DNA of 64,000 nucleotides from a virus (IMGVR_UViG_3300021603_000005:64001-128000); one strand, 5' to 3'; positions 47,390-57,493 are shown, counted from the first letter of the stretch. Translations and numbers: made by a program. Notes: a model not told the origin generated them from the sequence alone.

Positions 47390-47950
47390 TTACCTCGGAT
47401 AATCAAAAATTCTTGTTCTCGGATTAGCTATCGCAGCAGCGAATCTGTCGTAAAAATAACCGATAGAGTATTGTCCGTCTTCGCCCGCTGGACGATAAGC
47501 ACCAATAATCAACCCGCCAACAGATGATGCCACATTAGAAACTTGAATTTGCCACTTAAGTTTTTCGTACACATTACATGGACCAAGCTTCAGTATATCT
47601 CTATAACCACCAAACCCGACAGACGTATCAATTGAACTGTCTCCGTCTCGCACCTTGATGGCTTGGCCTATCGAACTTTGAAACTGGCCAGCATTAATGA
47701 TACACGCAGCCTTTAGTGGCAATAGCGCCTGTACAATAACGTCGCCAGATATTACCGGATCTGGACTAATTGTTAGATTCGCGATATCAAAAACATAATT
47801 GTATTGTAACTCTACGTCGTTACTAACAATAATTCCTGCTGTAATCAGCACCTGCTGCAAATATGAGTCAGCATGTTTCTGTGGCAATAACACATCATTG
47901 ATCAAAATTCTTGTCATTGTTACTAGGTCTGTCGTCCATGCCATTGACAT
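47390..47950 (-). CDS. Head-tail adaptor-like protein
   Basis: RILIND....DSYL, LKAACI, IKVRDGDSSIDT pattern of gp6/gp15-type adaptors. Confidence 0.6.
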   Translation of the reverse strand: MSMAWTTDLVTMTRILINDVLLPQKHADSYLQQVLITAGIIVSNDVELQYNYVFDIANLTISPDPVISGDVIVQALLPLKAACIINAGQFQSSIGQAIKVRDGDSSIDTSVGFGGYRDILKLGPCNVYEKLKWQIQVSNVASSVGGLIIGAYRPAGEDGQYSIGYFYDRFAAAIANPRTRIFDYPR

Positions 47951-47958
47951 ACTCCTGT

Positions 47959-48318
47959 TTATGGTCGTGGATCAAGTACATATGACGAATTATCTGTCAG
48001 CGATGGCATAACATTGGTGAGTTGAACAACTTTAAGTATAAAGTCGCCCTCGTCCTCGTTGGTGCCACCATCAGACATCCGATAGTGATATTGTTCTCTC
48101 GTGTGTGTTATTGGTGGTAAATGTGCTGTTGAGAATACATAGTTACCAGTATTCCCTATTTCTACACACCCACTAGCTTCTGGTGTTAGAGGAACAACGT
48201 CCCCATCCCTCCATATTTCTATAACAACATTTAGTCCGCTCGCCAATGCCCCTATTAACGACGGAGGGGCGCTTGGAAAATAATCATACTCCGGAATTGA
48301 TGGTCCAATTACTGACAT
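47959..48318 (-). CDS. Small protein paralogous to the C-terminal domain of the 2556-aa protein
   Basis: IEIW..SGCVEIGNTGNYVFSTAHLP..QYHYRM..EGDF..MPSLTDNSSYVL versus IEVW..SGCYPIGNTGRWGWSTAYLP..QYYYRM..EGQF..MPRNSSEYTL. Confidence 0.7.
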   Translation of the reverse strand: MSVIGPSIPEYDYFPSAPPSLIGALASGLNVVIEIWRDGDVVPLTPEASGCVEIGNTGNYVFSTAHLPPITHTREQYHYRMSDGGTNEDEGDFILKVVQLTNVMPSLTDNSSYVLDPRP

Positions 48319-48328
48319 TTTAACCTCC

Positions 48329-51300
48329 TCATATATTCAGCGTATACTCACTTGAATTTCTTGGCATTCTATTTCTATTCATGTTTGTGTTCATGAAAAA
48401 CTGTCCTTCAAAAGTATTGGTATTACTAGCCGTCATTCGGTAATAATACTGTGGTTTCAGAGACGGCCATGGTTCTGGCAAATATGCAGTCGACCATCCC
48501 CATCTTCCTGTATTACCTATGGGGTAACACCCGCTGTTAATTATTTCTACGATATCATTATTACCATCCGTGCAGTACCAAACTTCGATATACACAGATC
48601 CGGATGCTGGACAATCCAATTTTCCAATGATCTGTGGATTATAATCCATAGTTTTGAATAAATTCTCGATTGTAAAATCGTAGACACCAGATGCGCCAGA
48701 TGGTGGTAAAACATACCCGCTAACAAATAGATCAATGTCGCTAGACGCCGATAGATGTGTACCTTGCATAAACAATGTCATGTAGTCTATATATCCAGAC
48801 GCACCGTGGCAAAACTGCTGTAAATCATCTGATGTTAGATTTATGTTTGTCCACATTATGGTATCGTCTAGCCAAGCGCTCATGTAACTGCCAGATACCT
48901 CTATATATGGATCTGCGTCGATGGTTGACAGAGGGCATATTCCACTATTTTGTAGGCCGTAGTCTACGTATGGCTTGCCATCAGTAGACATTCTTAACCA
49001 CCAATTACCATCTGTTATATGTGTAAATTCAAATACGATACATCGGCCCTTGCTGCCCTCTAGTGAATCAAACAGGTTGGTAATTTCTGTATTATACCAA
49101 GATGCTATTCCTGACGATGTTGAATTTGTCAGGTATATATACGACGGAGACCCATATTCTTTTGTTGTCGTTAACGTATATCCACGACCAGTACTAATAT
49201 ATAATCCGCTGTCTATCGGCCTAAGAGCCGTCATATGCCATGTTAGCGTTCCAGCGCCAATTGTACTTGGATATCCACTACTACTACCAATCGCACTAGA
49301 CGGCCTTAGTCCAGAAACAGAGTCGCTGTCAACAAATCCGGCAACAACGCCAGACCAGTCAACATCTATAATTTTTTCTCTTAAGTCGTTTAATGGATGC
49401 GCATATATTGCATTAAGCGGATATGGTATTCCGGAATACGATGTGAACCATGGAATGGATAGGTCTATAGAATTATAACATGTATTTTTACCGTCAATAA
49501 ATAAGTCACAATTACCACTCGTTATCTCTGAATGATAAATAAATAATGGACAATATGTTTCTATATGCAATCCAGAACCGTCAAATATATCATGAAACTC
49601 ATATAACGGCTTCCTTAAATGCATACCAAGATAATATAATTGTTGAAGCTCATATGGCGTAAATCTATCTATGTTGCCCCACAAGGCAATTTCGTCGGCA
49701 TTGAGTTCTCCGCTCGGGTGCGCCTGTGACAATTTTGCGCCAATAATATTACCTGAGCTATCAAACGTAGATATTGATATCTGACCCATATCTACCCATG
49801 GATTGCCATCAATACTCAATAATGACGTAGCAACTCCACCACTAAACTCCGTTCTCGCAAGAGCAAGGGTCGGGTTGTATTGTAACGCATAGTATGTACC
49901 AGACGACCACGAAACTCCACTAGAGTTCAATATAAAACCGACACCGCTTCCTACGGTTTGAAAACCAACTGAATTGACTGGAATAATACCGCTGAACCAT
50001 CCAAAATCACAAGTGACTGGCGAATATTGTACGCCGCTTATCCAGCACAATGACGTAAGATTACATAAATCTCGTGGGTCTTGATAATCTGTATCTACAT
50101 ACGAATAAAACCCTGTGTCTCCACCGGAAACGGATATTCCCTCGTTGATGAAATATGGAACATGAATAGCCCCCGATAAAGACCATTCTTTTCCTTTCAC
50201 CCATTCAAGATTATCCGCACTACACTCGTGATAATATATTAGTCCGCTAAATGCGATTGGACATTTTGGTCCTGTTATATACAATGGCACTTCTGAGTTC
50301 TTAGACAAAGATCCAATAAATAGTGGAGCCCAGGCGTCTACTTCTACTGGATCAAAACCATCTGCTGAATTACACGCAATGGTCAACCCTTGAAGACCAA
50401 GCATATATAGCGCGTTTAGTTCGTATGCACTAAACCTGTCAATGTTTTTCCAAAGTATCGTCTCATCAACCATGCACGTTCTGTCTGGACCAGGAGCTAT
50501 GTATGTTGAGACTCCATATCTAGTTGAGACATTATTTCTTGTGCCAACATATGGCGTCGAACCAGAAACCCATGGAGATCCATCAATAGACAACAATCCT
50601 ATTAATTCTGTTGGATTAAATTCAATTCTACCAGCAACAAATACTTTGGATTTTTGAGTATCAATCAAGTGGGTAGTTATTGGATATTCTGTATTATTGA
50701 TTTTTGCTACAAGAACAAATCCACTAAGCCCAGACGATTGAACAACTATCCCGTGATATGGTGGCGAATTTTGACCAACACCAACGTAATCATTAGACAC
50801 ACCAGCACCACGATTACAGTCCCACCATGTTACAAATGTATAATCCTGACCATCATATAGTCTGTCTCTTTGTGTAGTGGCGCTTGGCTCATACCAATAC
50901 AGTGATCCGTTCGCTGTTTGTAATCCACCAGATCCGGCTACGCCCGATGTGAACGCGGCCATACTAGGAGTAGATGGAATCCACCCTTCTCCAAGTATGT
51001 GCTCGTGGGCGTTGCCGCTACTAGAGGCATCAAAATATCTTTCATATGTTTGATAAAATACAGCGCCAGACGAGGAAATAAATGGGCACGCACTCTTTAG
51101 AAATACATCCATCGACCCAGTGATAGATGCTGGGCTATCACCATATCTATCTAACCCAATGTGTTTAACAGCGCCTAGACTATAAGCCTTTTCAATTTCG
51201 AATGTATTTAGATCGATCCCTTTTGGACCAGCATATAGATATACCTCGTCGAGCCATATCGATGGGGCGTATTCTCTCTTAGGAGACATGAATATTTGTG

Positions 51301-54300
51301 CGTTTGAATTACCCGATGGCGGCAGTTCTACCCCGCTGGTTTGAATACCATGGTTGATCCATGTAGTGCCGTCTAGTGACGTGCGCAGATTCCATATACC
51401 ATCGCCAGAGTGTTGTATATCTACAATCAAAAAGTGTGGTTGACCATTATTGATGGTTGACAATAATCCTGATAATTCAGGAGTATTCCATTCAACGGTA
51501 TTCGTTCCAAAACGAATCTTATTATCTAGTAATTGTATTTTGACATCTCGTTCAACCCAGAATGTAGAACCACTGATAGATGGATTTTTACTCCATAACA
51601 TGAGCATGAATTGTTCTTTGTCTATTGCGCTTTGGTACTGGTTGCTGTCTTGTGCTATTAAGGCACCAGATAATCCTGCATATATCCAGCCAACATGTAA
51701 GCGATTGTTAGGTAAACTAGACACAACCCCATATGCCGCTCTTTCTTCCCCCACATTAACAATATGTGGTCTAACAGATATTGGCCATGATATTGGTAGA
51801 TAATTACCAACGCTAATTATCCCGCTTACTGGGTCAAAATTAACACATGTGGCTTCAAACCCAACGGCACTGGACGAATAACCAGCGTAGATTGCTCTAT
51901 TATTTGATAGTGTGGCCACGTCATTGCTAACGCCAGGGGCCGGTGTTTCCTGTGTTGGGTCTAGAATTGGGGTGATGGTTAGTCCAGACACATCTATTCT
52001 TAGTGGCTGAAACCACACTGGATATGTTTGCGTTATAGTGCCCGGCTGGCATTGACTATTGAGTATGGTATTATTATTGAGTCTACATATTCCGTAATAC
52101 AATTCAGTATATGCTTCCGTATCTACCTGTCTTCCAAATAGGCTATTTCCGGAAACGCCAATTACATCTTCGCTTATTGTGCCTAGTTGGGCAATAGCAT
52201 ATCCCTGAGCCTCAGACTGCAATACGGTATTGTCACACCACGATAAATATAGTTGTCCATTATTATATATCGGAGACATTCTCCAACATGGTGAATACGT
52301 TGATGACGAATATTTGTTATATGCATCAATAGTTGTCTGCGTTGGAGAAAATGTAATCGTATCTCCGCTAACATTAGCTATTATTCCAACAAAACCAGAT
52401 CCTTGCACGCCATAATTTCGAGACCCAAAAATAGCCAATCTATTATTGTCAAGAGATATCGCATTTAGATTCACCATAGACGAACTCGTAGTCCCTGTGT
52501 CAAAAGTATTTCCACTACCACATGATAAGGATGTTCCACTCACAGTCAATAAACAATAGCTTGCTTGTCCATCTGCATTGTTATAGAACACAGCGAATTT
52601 ATCTGTGTCGATATTAACGATTTTTTGTGTCCAACTATAATTATCAGAACGACCACTGCTATACGTGATCGGAGAAGAAAAGCTCATAGAAAGTCCACTG
52701 ACCGATGCATATGTCGCCTTTAGTTTACTAGAGTCGGTGGCGTCATTATAACAAATAATTGCACCAGATATGCCGTGGTTTATCGTTGTGATGAATTTTG
52801 GTGCATTTGATGTAAACACTGATAAATTACCAGAAATCGGTAGTGAATCTTGTATGGCAATAAATCGACAAACACCAGCGTTGTCACTAAGTCTTCGCCA
52901 CACAAATAATGCGCCACCGGGATCTAGTGGCGATACAGTTGGGTAACCGGCCCTGTCGTCAGTACCTCCCATTGGTTCTGCTGACAACAACCCAGACGTG
53001 ATTACCGAAATTCCATTTTGACCATTCCTAAACCAATACCATTGATGAGATGCAAGTGTCGCATTGAAAGTCACAAAAGATGTGTCATCTATCTTACACA
53101 TCAGGTTGTCTGGGATAGTTCCATCATAACTTGGCGATCCATAAAACCCATACCCCATGTCTAGATTAGAATATTGTGTTGATTCTGGTGGATTCGCTAA
53201 AGTAATTCCGGTACTAGTTAACAATACTGGTACGTATGCATTTTTATTGACGGTATTAATTTTGTGCGGATATGCCCATATTCCGCTACCACCACCAAGA
53301 TTTAGTAAATACGAATAATAACAAGTAAGCGGCATGGAATAATCTCTAACATCTCGTCCATAGGTAAACGAATTATCGTCGTTTAGTCGCACGACGTTCA
53401 TTCTATTATGTCTTCCGTGACATACAACAAAATGGCTGTCGTCTATTTTGGTTATAACTGGAAGAGTTTGACCATAATTCCAACCATTATATGTGCCTGA
53501 TGCTCTACCTGTAACATACATTCCAGATGTTGTATAAAGATAAATATTGGTTTGATTTGTTGAATTTAAGAACGAAGCGACTATGTTTTGTTCATATCCG
53601 CCAGAAGCCCTTAAGCAAATTGTATTAAATGGATACATTCTTATGCCATCAAAAGTTGTCGGATAAAATCTTGTTCCAGATGTAATACTAAGATCTGGAT
53701 TCATTTTAACAACAAACGCATAATTGCCACCACCAAATGATGACAATGAAAACGCTCTGTCATCACCCAGCGACGATAAGCTAAAGCATGACGCGGCGGT
53801 AAGATTTGTGTTTAGCTCGATTCCGCTTGTGACGATACCACCTGATGCGGCAATGCCCATCCATTTATGCTGACTTCCGCCTCCGGTTAGTGTAATAGCC
53901 CTATCTGTGTCTGTCGGCGATATTCGAATATATGGCACCGCATACGTAACGCCTATTCTAATTGCTCCGGAGGATGGTATAGAAAAATTTTGAGATAAGT
54001 CAAAAGAAAGAGCACCACTAACTTGACCATCAACAAATGCTCCTGGACCATACCATTCTTGTTTTTTAATCCATTCCTTTTTATCATCAAGTGGGTGATA
54101 AAAGATAGCGCCACTTATTTCGTATGGTAAATCCTGTGCTTTTACTAAACATGTTAGCTCGCTGGTAATTTGTGTTGGTCCATATACCGTCATTGGTACA
54201 ACGCCACTGTAGTTAATTTCAATTGCATCAGTATACGAACTTAGTTGTAAGCCACTACCAGCTAATCCGTACATCGACACTGTTTGATAGTCGGTAAATC

Positions 54301-55999
54301 TTGGTGATGTAAACCATATCGTGTTTTCATCAACCCAACTACTGAGAGTAGACGATCTATTCGTGTAGCTCAATGGGGTGTTGTTATTTACGATTGGCGT
54401 GTATCCTGTATCCTGTATGCCGTGTGATACGTATCCGCTTCCGTCTATCGATGTTTCAAGATTCCATGTTCCACCACTAATATGAGAAAAATACATAGAT
54501 AAAAAGTGTTTGTTTCCATCGTTTAGTTGACCCAACAAATAACTAATTGAAGTGTCGTTCCAATAAGATACCGCAGTTCCAGAACCAAGCGTAATGTGTG
54601 TTGGAATAATGCCTACGTCATATCCTCGACTTACTTCTGTCCTGGAAGACCCCGCTGACGGGTTCTTGTACCATCCGACGACAGCTATCCCGCTTTGGCC
54701 AATAGCCGATTTTGGAGAAGAACTAGTCGACATAATTTTGGCTTCGCGTACAATATTTCCGACGCATAGTCTTCCAATATTATTGGAATCTATACTTCCA
54801 ACAACGAATTTGTCTCCGTCACATTTAGCTATTAGCGTGTCATTGCACTCAAGAGGATAAAACGTATCTGGATGAGACCAATATACTAGATTGCCTATTG
54901 AGTTAGTTTGTCCAACAGAAACAGAACCATATGTCTTTTGAAAGCCCACGACAACGGTGTCGTTATCTATCCGTATAATAGATGGCTTTGAAAATAAATT
55001 GTACGCATATGCTATCTGGGTGTAAGAAGTATCCCACGATAAAGAGCTACCAGAAATCACACCCCTTCTTGACGCACCATGAGGCCATGTTCCAGCAAAT
55101 TGTCCACGATACCAAGTAACCAGTATTCTATGGTCTCCACCAATAGTCGAGCCTATGGTTGATATAGCCACGTTAGATACTGGGCCAGACGAATCAAATG
55201 TGGTTGCACTTCCCCACGATACGACATTACCAACTATGGTGCCAACCTTGGTTTTTCCACTATTTCCAGTATTGCTATCTGTATATGCAACTATTACCTG
55301 GGACGCAGTTGTCGATGTAATAGATATGTTGGTGGCTATACTGGTAGATAAAAAGTCCGTGACTGCACCAAATGAGATATTCGTTCCATCGAATGTTCCA
55401 ACACGAGCCTTGCCGTGTTCGCTATCTGCGTTATCTTTATATACAACAACAAAACCACTGGAATGGATTTTGGTAACATCCATTGCGGCGAAATTACCAA
55501 ATGAAGAATAAAACTCTGCTGAATTACCCGGTGTTATACTAGTACCTGAAATAGAACATATTTTTGCTAATCCATGTTCGCTAGCTGACCCATCTTGATA
55601 ACAAACAATTGCAGTAGATGCAGACAGTGCCAATACTTTAATCTGGGATGCCGCACCAGCACCTAGAAATGTAGCTGTCGAACCAAAAGAAATTGAATCT
55701 CCAGTAATGGTCCCAACGACCGCCTTTCCATAATTATTATCACTACTATCGGCGTAACAAACTAATATTTTGTTTGTATCCAACTGGCATACCGAGGCAG
55801 AAGATATTGTTCCTGATCCAAATGTTGTCTGGGCACCAAAGTATGTCCTTGCGCCAGCACCAAGAAACGACTGGGCTAAAACGCCAGATCCAAACGCAAT
55901 AGCACCGCTTAGTGCTATGTTATTTTTGTGATCGTATGGACCAATTGCCCCGTCAAACCGAGCATATGATACGCAGTCGTTAGCTCTAAGCAATGCCAT
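48329..55999 (-). CDS. Giant modular virion fibre/adhesin (LamG-like modules plus beta-propeller repeats)
   Basis: 2556 aa, rich in S/G/T/Y. About five LamG-like modules ending in a DE-x-x-x-W-like motif, and ~50-aa blades IV.Y.D....GKA.VGT..G..ISFG. Confidence 0.75.
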   Translation of the reverse strand: MALLRANDCVSYARFDGAIGPYDHKNNIALSGAIAFGSGVLAQSFLGAGARTYFGAQTTFGSGTISSASVCQLDTNKILVCYADSSDNNYGKAVVGTITGDSISFGSTATFLGAGAASQIKVLALSASTAIVCYQDGSASEHGLAKICSISGTSITPGNSAEFYSSFGNFAAMDVTKIHSSGFVVVYKDNADSEHGKARVGTFDGTNISFGAVTDFLSTSIATNISITSTTASQVIVAYTDSNTGNSGKTKVGTIVGNVVSWGSATTFDSSGPVSNVAISTIGSTIGGDHRILVTWYRGQFAGTWPHGASRRGVISGSSLSWDTSYTQIAYAYNLFSKPSIIRIDNDTVVVGFQKTYGSVSVGQTNSIGNLVYWSHPDTFYPLECNDTLIAKCDGDKFVVGSIDSNNIGRLCVGNIVREAKIMSTSSSPKSAIGQSGIAVVGWYKNPSAGSSRTEVSRGYDVGIIPTHITLGSGTAVSYWNDTSISYLLGQLNDGNKHFLSMYFSHISGGTWNLETSIDGSGYVSHGIQDTGYTPIVNNNTPLSYTNRSSTLSSWVDENTIWFTSPRFTDYQTVSMYGLAGSGLQLSSYTDAIEINYSGVVPMTVYGPTQITSELTCLVKAQDLPYEISGAIFYHPLDDKKEWIKKQEWYGPGAFVDGQVSGALSFDLSQNFSIPSSGAIRIGVTYAVPYIRISPTDTDRAITLTGGGSQHKWMGIAASGGIVTSGIELNTNLTAASCFSLSSLGDDRAFSLSSFGGGNYAFVVKMNPDLSITSGTRFYPTTFDGIRMYPFNTICLRASGGYEQNIVASFLNSTNQTNIYLYTTSGMYVTGRASGTYNGWNYGQTLPVITKIDDSHFVVCHGRHNRMNVVRLNDDNSFTYGRDVRDYSMPLTCYYSYLLNLGGGSGIWAYPHKINTVNKNAYVPVLLTSTGITLANPPESTQYSNLDMGYGFYGSPSYDGTIPDNLMCKIDDTSFVTFNATLASHQWYWFRNGQNGISVITSGLLSAEPMGGTDDRAGYPTVSPLDPGGALFVWRRLSDNAGVCRFIAIQDSLPISGNLSVFTSNAPKFITTINHGISGAIICYNDATDSSKLKATYASVSGLSMSFSSPITYSSGRSDNYSWTQKIVNIDTDKFAVFYNNADGQASYCLLTVSGTSLSCGSGNTFDTGTTSSSMVNLNAISLDNNRLAIFGSRNYGVQGSGFVGIIANVSGDTITFSPTQTTIDAYNKYSSSTYSPCWRMSPIYNNGQLYLSWCDNTVLQSEAQGYAIAQLGTISEDVIGVSGNSLFGRQVDTEAYTELYYGICRLNNNTILNSQCQPGTITQTYPVWFQPLRIDVSGLTITPILDPTQETPAPGVSNDVATLSNNRAIYAGYSSSAVGFEATCVNFDPVSGIISVGNYLPISWPISVRPHIVNVGEERAAYGVVSSLPNNRLHVGWIYAGLSGALIAQDSNQYQSAIDKEQFMLMLWSKNPSISGSTFWVERDVKIQLLDNKIRFGTNTVEWNTPELSGLLSTINNGQPHFLIVDIQHSGDGIWNLRTSLDGTTWINHGIQTSGVELPPSGNSNAQIFMSPKREYAPSIWLDEVYLYAGPKGIDLNTFEIEKAYSLGAVKHIGLDRYGDSPASITGSMDVFLKSACPFISSSGAVFYQTYERYFDASSSGNAHEHILGEGWIPSTPSMAAFTSGVAGSGGLQTANGSLYWYEPSATTQRDRLYDGQDYTFVTWWDCNRGAGVSNDYVGVGQNSPPYHGIVVQSSGLSGFVLVAKINNTEYPITTHLIDTQKSKVFVAGRIEFNPTELIGLLSIDGSPWVSGSTPYVGTRNNVSTRYGVSTYIAPGPDRTCMVDETILWKNIDRFSAYELNALYMLGLQGLTIACNSADGFDPVEVDAWAPLFIGSLSKNSEVPLYITGPKCPIAFSGLIYYHECSADNLEWVKGKEWSLSGAIHVPYFINEGISVSGGDTGFYSYVDTDYQDPRDLCNLTSLCWISGVQYSPVTCDFGWFSGIIPVNSVGFQTVGSGVGFILNSSGVSWSSGTYYALQYNPTLALARTEFSGGVATSLLSIDGNPWVDMGQISISTFDSSGNIIGAKLSQAHPSGELNADEIALWGNIDRFTPYELQQLYYLGMHLRKPLYEFHDIFDGSGLHIETYCPLFIYHSEITSGNCDLFIDGKNTCYNSIDLSIPWFTSYSGIPYPLNAIYAHPLNDLREKIIDVDWSGVVAGFVDSDSVSGLRPSSAIGSSSGYPSTIGAGTLTWHMTALRPIDSGLYISTGRGYTLTTTKEYGSPSYIYLTNSTSSGIASWYNTEITNLFDSLEGSKGRCIVFEFTHITDGNWWLRMSTDGKPYVDYGLQNSGICPLSTIDADPYIEVSGSYMSAWLDDTIMWTNINLTSDDLQQFCHGASGYIDYMTLFMQGTHLSASSDIDLFVSGYVLPPSGASGVYDFTIENLFKTMDYNPQIIGKLDCPASGSVYIEVWYCTDGNNDIVEIINSGCYPIGNTGRWGWSTAYLPEPWPSLKPQYYYRMTASNTNTFEGQFFMNTNMNRNRMPRNSSEYTLNI

Positions 56000-56013
56000 T
56001 TGCGGCCCCCACT

Positions 56014-56394
56014 TTATTCGGTTAACATTGCGGTAAAGGCACTATTGCAAAAAAATGCATTAAACTCTTCGTCTGAATAAGAAATAGCCATAGCGGTTAT
56101 ATTTGATCTAAGAGGAAACCCTATTCTGTGAAATCTTTTAATAACCGTAGTTGGGTGTATTCCTAGTAATGTGCCAATCTGCGAGCAAGATAATCCCATA
56201 TTGTATAATGATACTAGTCTTGTATCAGATACTTTTTTATTAGCATCCGATCTAGATCTTAATACAACGCCGTTGTGTAATAATATTGATCTGATAGTGC
56301 TCTCGCTTCTTCCGTCTATTTCAGCTATATCAGCGCAGCTTAAACCGTTATTATATAACCTGACAATCGCATTATTCAAAAAAGGACTATTCAT
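56014..56394 (-). CDS. Tandem helix-turn-helix DNA-binding protein
   Basis: Two copies of LYN.GLSC..I....G....T(I/V)......G..LRS. Likely start is ATG 56394, because the GTG at 56409 lies within the promoter motif. Confidence 0.7.
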   Translation of the reverse strand: MNSPFLNNAIVRLYNNGLSCADIAEIDGRSESTIRSILLHNGVVLRSRSDANKKVSDTRLVSLYNMGLSCSQIGTLLGIHPTTVIKRFHRIGFPLRSNITAMAISYSDEEFNAFFCNSAFTAMLTE

Positions 56395-56401
56395 CACCTT
56401 G

Positions 56402-56409
56402 TTATACAC
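56402..56409 (-). promoter_or_regulatory. Putative late promoter GTGTATAA
   Basis: Directly follows the T-run of the capsid terminator. Confidence 0.6.
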
Positions 56410-56440
56410 AAAAAAAGACCCACCATAATTGATGGGTCTT
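56410..56440 (-). terminator. Intrinsic terminator after the major capsid gene
   Basis: Minus strand AAGACCCATCA-ATTA-TGGTGGGTCTT followed by a T-run. Confidence 0.85.
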
Positions 56441-56470
56441 TCTTAACTACCTAGTTAATTTATGATTAGA

Positions 56471-57478
56471 TTAGAAGCTGCCCAGTAATACGCGCCGTTC
56501 ATCTAGGCATGCAAAACCGGCTTCCATCCAGCCATAAAGTCCAGCCCTGCGTCGACGATGCAATGCGGGATCTTCGAATACCGACAGGGGCTCTTTCACC
56601 GGCATAACGAACGAATCGTTCTTGCTCAGGTCAAGACCAACCACAATTTCGGTATCAGAGGTACCCATAGAACCACCAAGAACGTCGTCGAAGTAGTTCT
56701 GGAATTCCTGATCCTCGCCCAGTTCGTCGATATCGTGAAGATTTACGCCGTAGATCTGGCTAATCATGCCATCTCGTGCGGTGAAGATTTCTCTACGAGT
56801 CACGTCATCAACTTCGTCTTCGTCCCAATCGCGAATATCCTCAAGTGCTTCTGGCGAGATATATAGGTCAGTTAAACGACCACGATTTTCTGACGCAGAG
56901 TTGCCACCAGCAGTACGCCGCATACTGGTCTTCATGAGACTAACCAGTCGCTTGGTAAACTGTCCCGCAGCAGCAGCATTATCATAAATCAAGATCCCGC
57001 GACCAACACCGGCGGCTAGCAAAACTCTCCAGCCATCGGTATTGAGTTTCTTAACAAAACCGGCTTCGAGAACTTCCATGGCACGAGCCACGATATTCCA
57101 GCGAGCCTGACGACTATATTTCAACAGCCAGTCAATCGCATTGCCGATATCATATGTTTGTACGGTTACCAAATCGCCGCCAATATGTCGCTGTGGAACA
57201 GCGCCTTCTTGGGGTAGCGAATAAGCAACATAGTCGTTTTCCATTCCTGGTTGATAAAAGTCCAGTGGATATTCTGCGGTAGCACTTGGATCAAGATTCT
57301 CTACCGTAAAAATGTCACTGAAAATATCGCCAGGAAGGATACCTTGACGCAAAGGTTCCTCTAGTGCCTGGGCCAACGCCCGCATAGCATTGACAGCCTC
57401 AGCCTGATCTTGCGAGCCAGTGGCTTTCAGGAGGGCGGTCATCTTTTCGTCTGGCTTAATAATTTTGTTGTCTTTCAT
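56471..57478 (-). CDS. Major capsid protein (HK97 fold)
   Basis: 335 aa; follows the protease and decoration genes; strong RBS and terminator; C-terminal GLYGWMEAGFACLD..RV pattern typical of HK97-fold capsids. Confidence 0.85.
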   Translation of the reverse strand: MKDNKIIKPDEKMTALLKATGSQDQAEAVNAMRALAQALEEPLRQGILPGDIFSDIFTVENLDPSATAEYPLDFYQPGMENDYVAYSLPQEGAVPQRHIGGDLVTVQTYDIGNAIDWLLKYSRQARWNIVARAMEVLEAGFVKKLNTDGWRVLLAAGVGRGILIYDNAAAAGQFTKRLVSLMKTSMRRTAGGNSASENRGRLTDLYISPEALEDIRDWDEDEVDDVTRREIFTARDGMISQIYGVNLHDIDELGEDQEFQNYFDDVLGGSMGTSDTEIVVGLDLSKNDSFVMPVKEPLSVFEDPALHRRRRAGLYGWMEAGFACLDERRVLLGSF

Positions 57479-57493
57479 TGGTTTTCCCTCCTA

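Noticed and set aside
24563-55999. Diversity-generating retroelement or invertible cassette acting on the fibre repeats
   Set aside because: The repeats are similar at protein level with only short DNA identities. I saw no TR/VR pair with adenine-specific mismatches, and no reverse transcriptase or invertase.
57479-57493. In-frame decoration-capsid junction as a readthrough fusion
   Set aside because: There are two consecutive stops (TAA TAG) and a strong independent RBS for the capsid gene.
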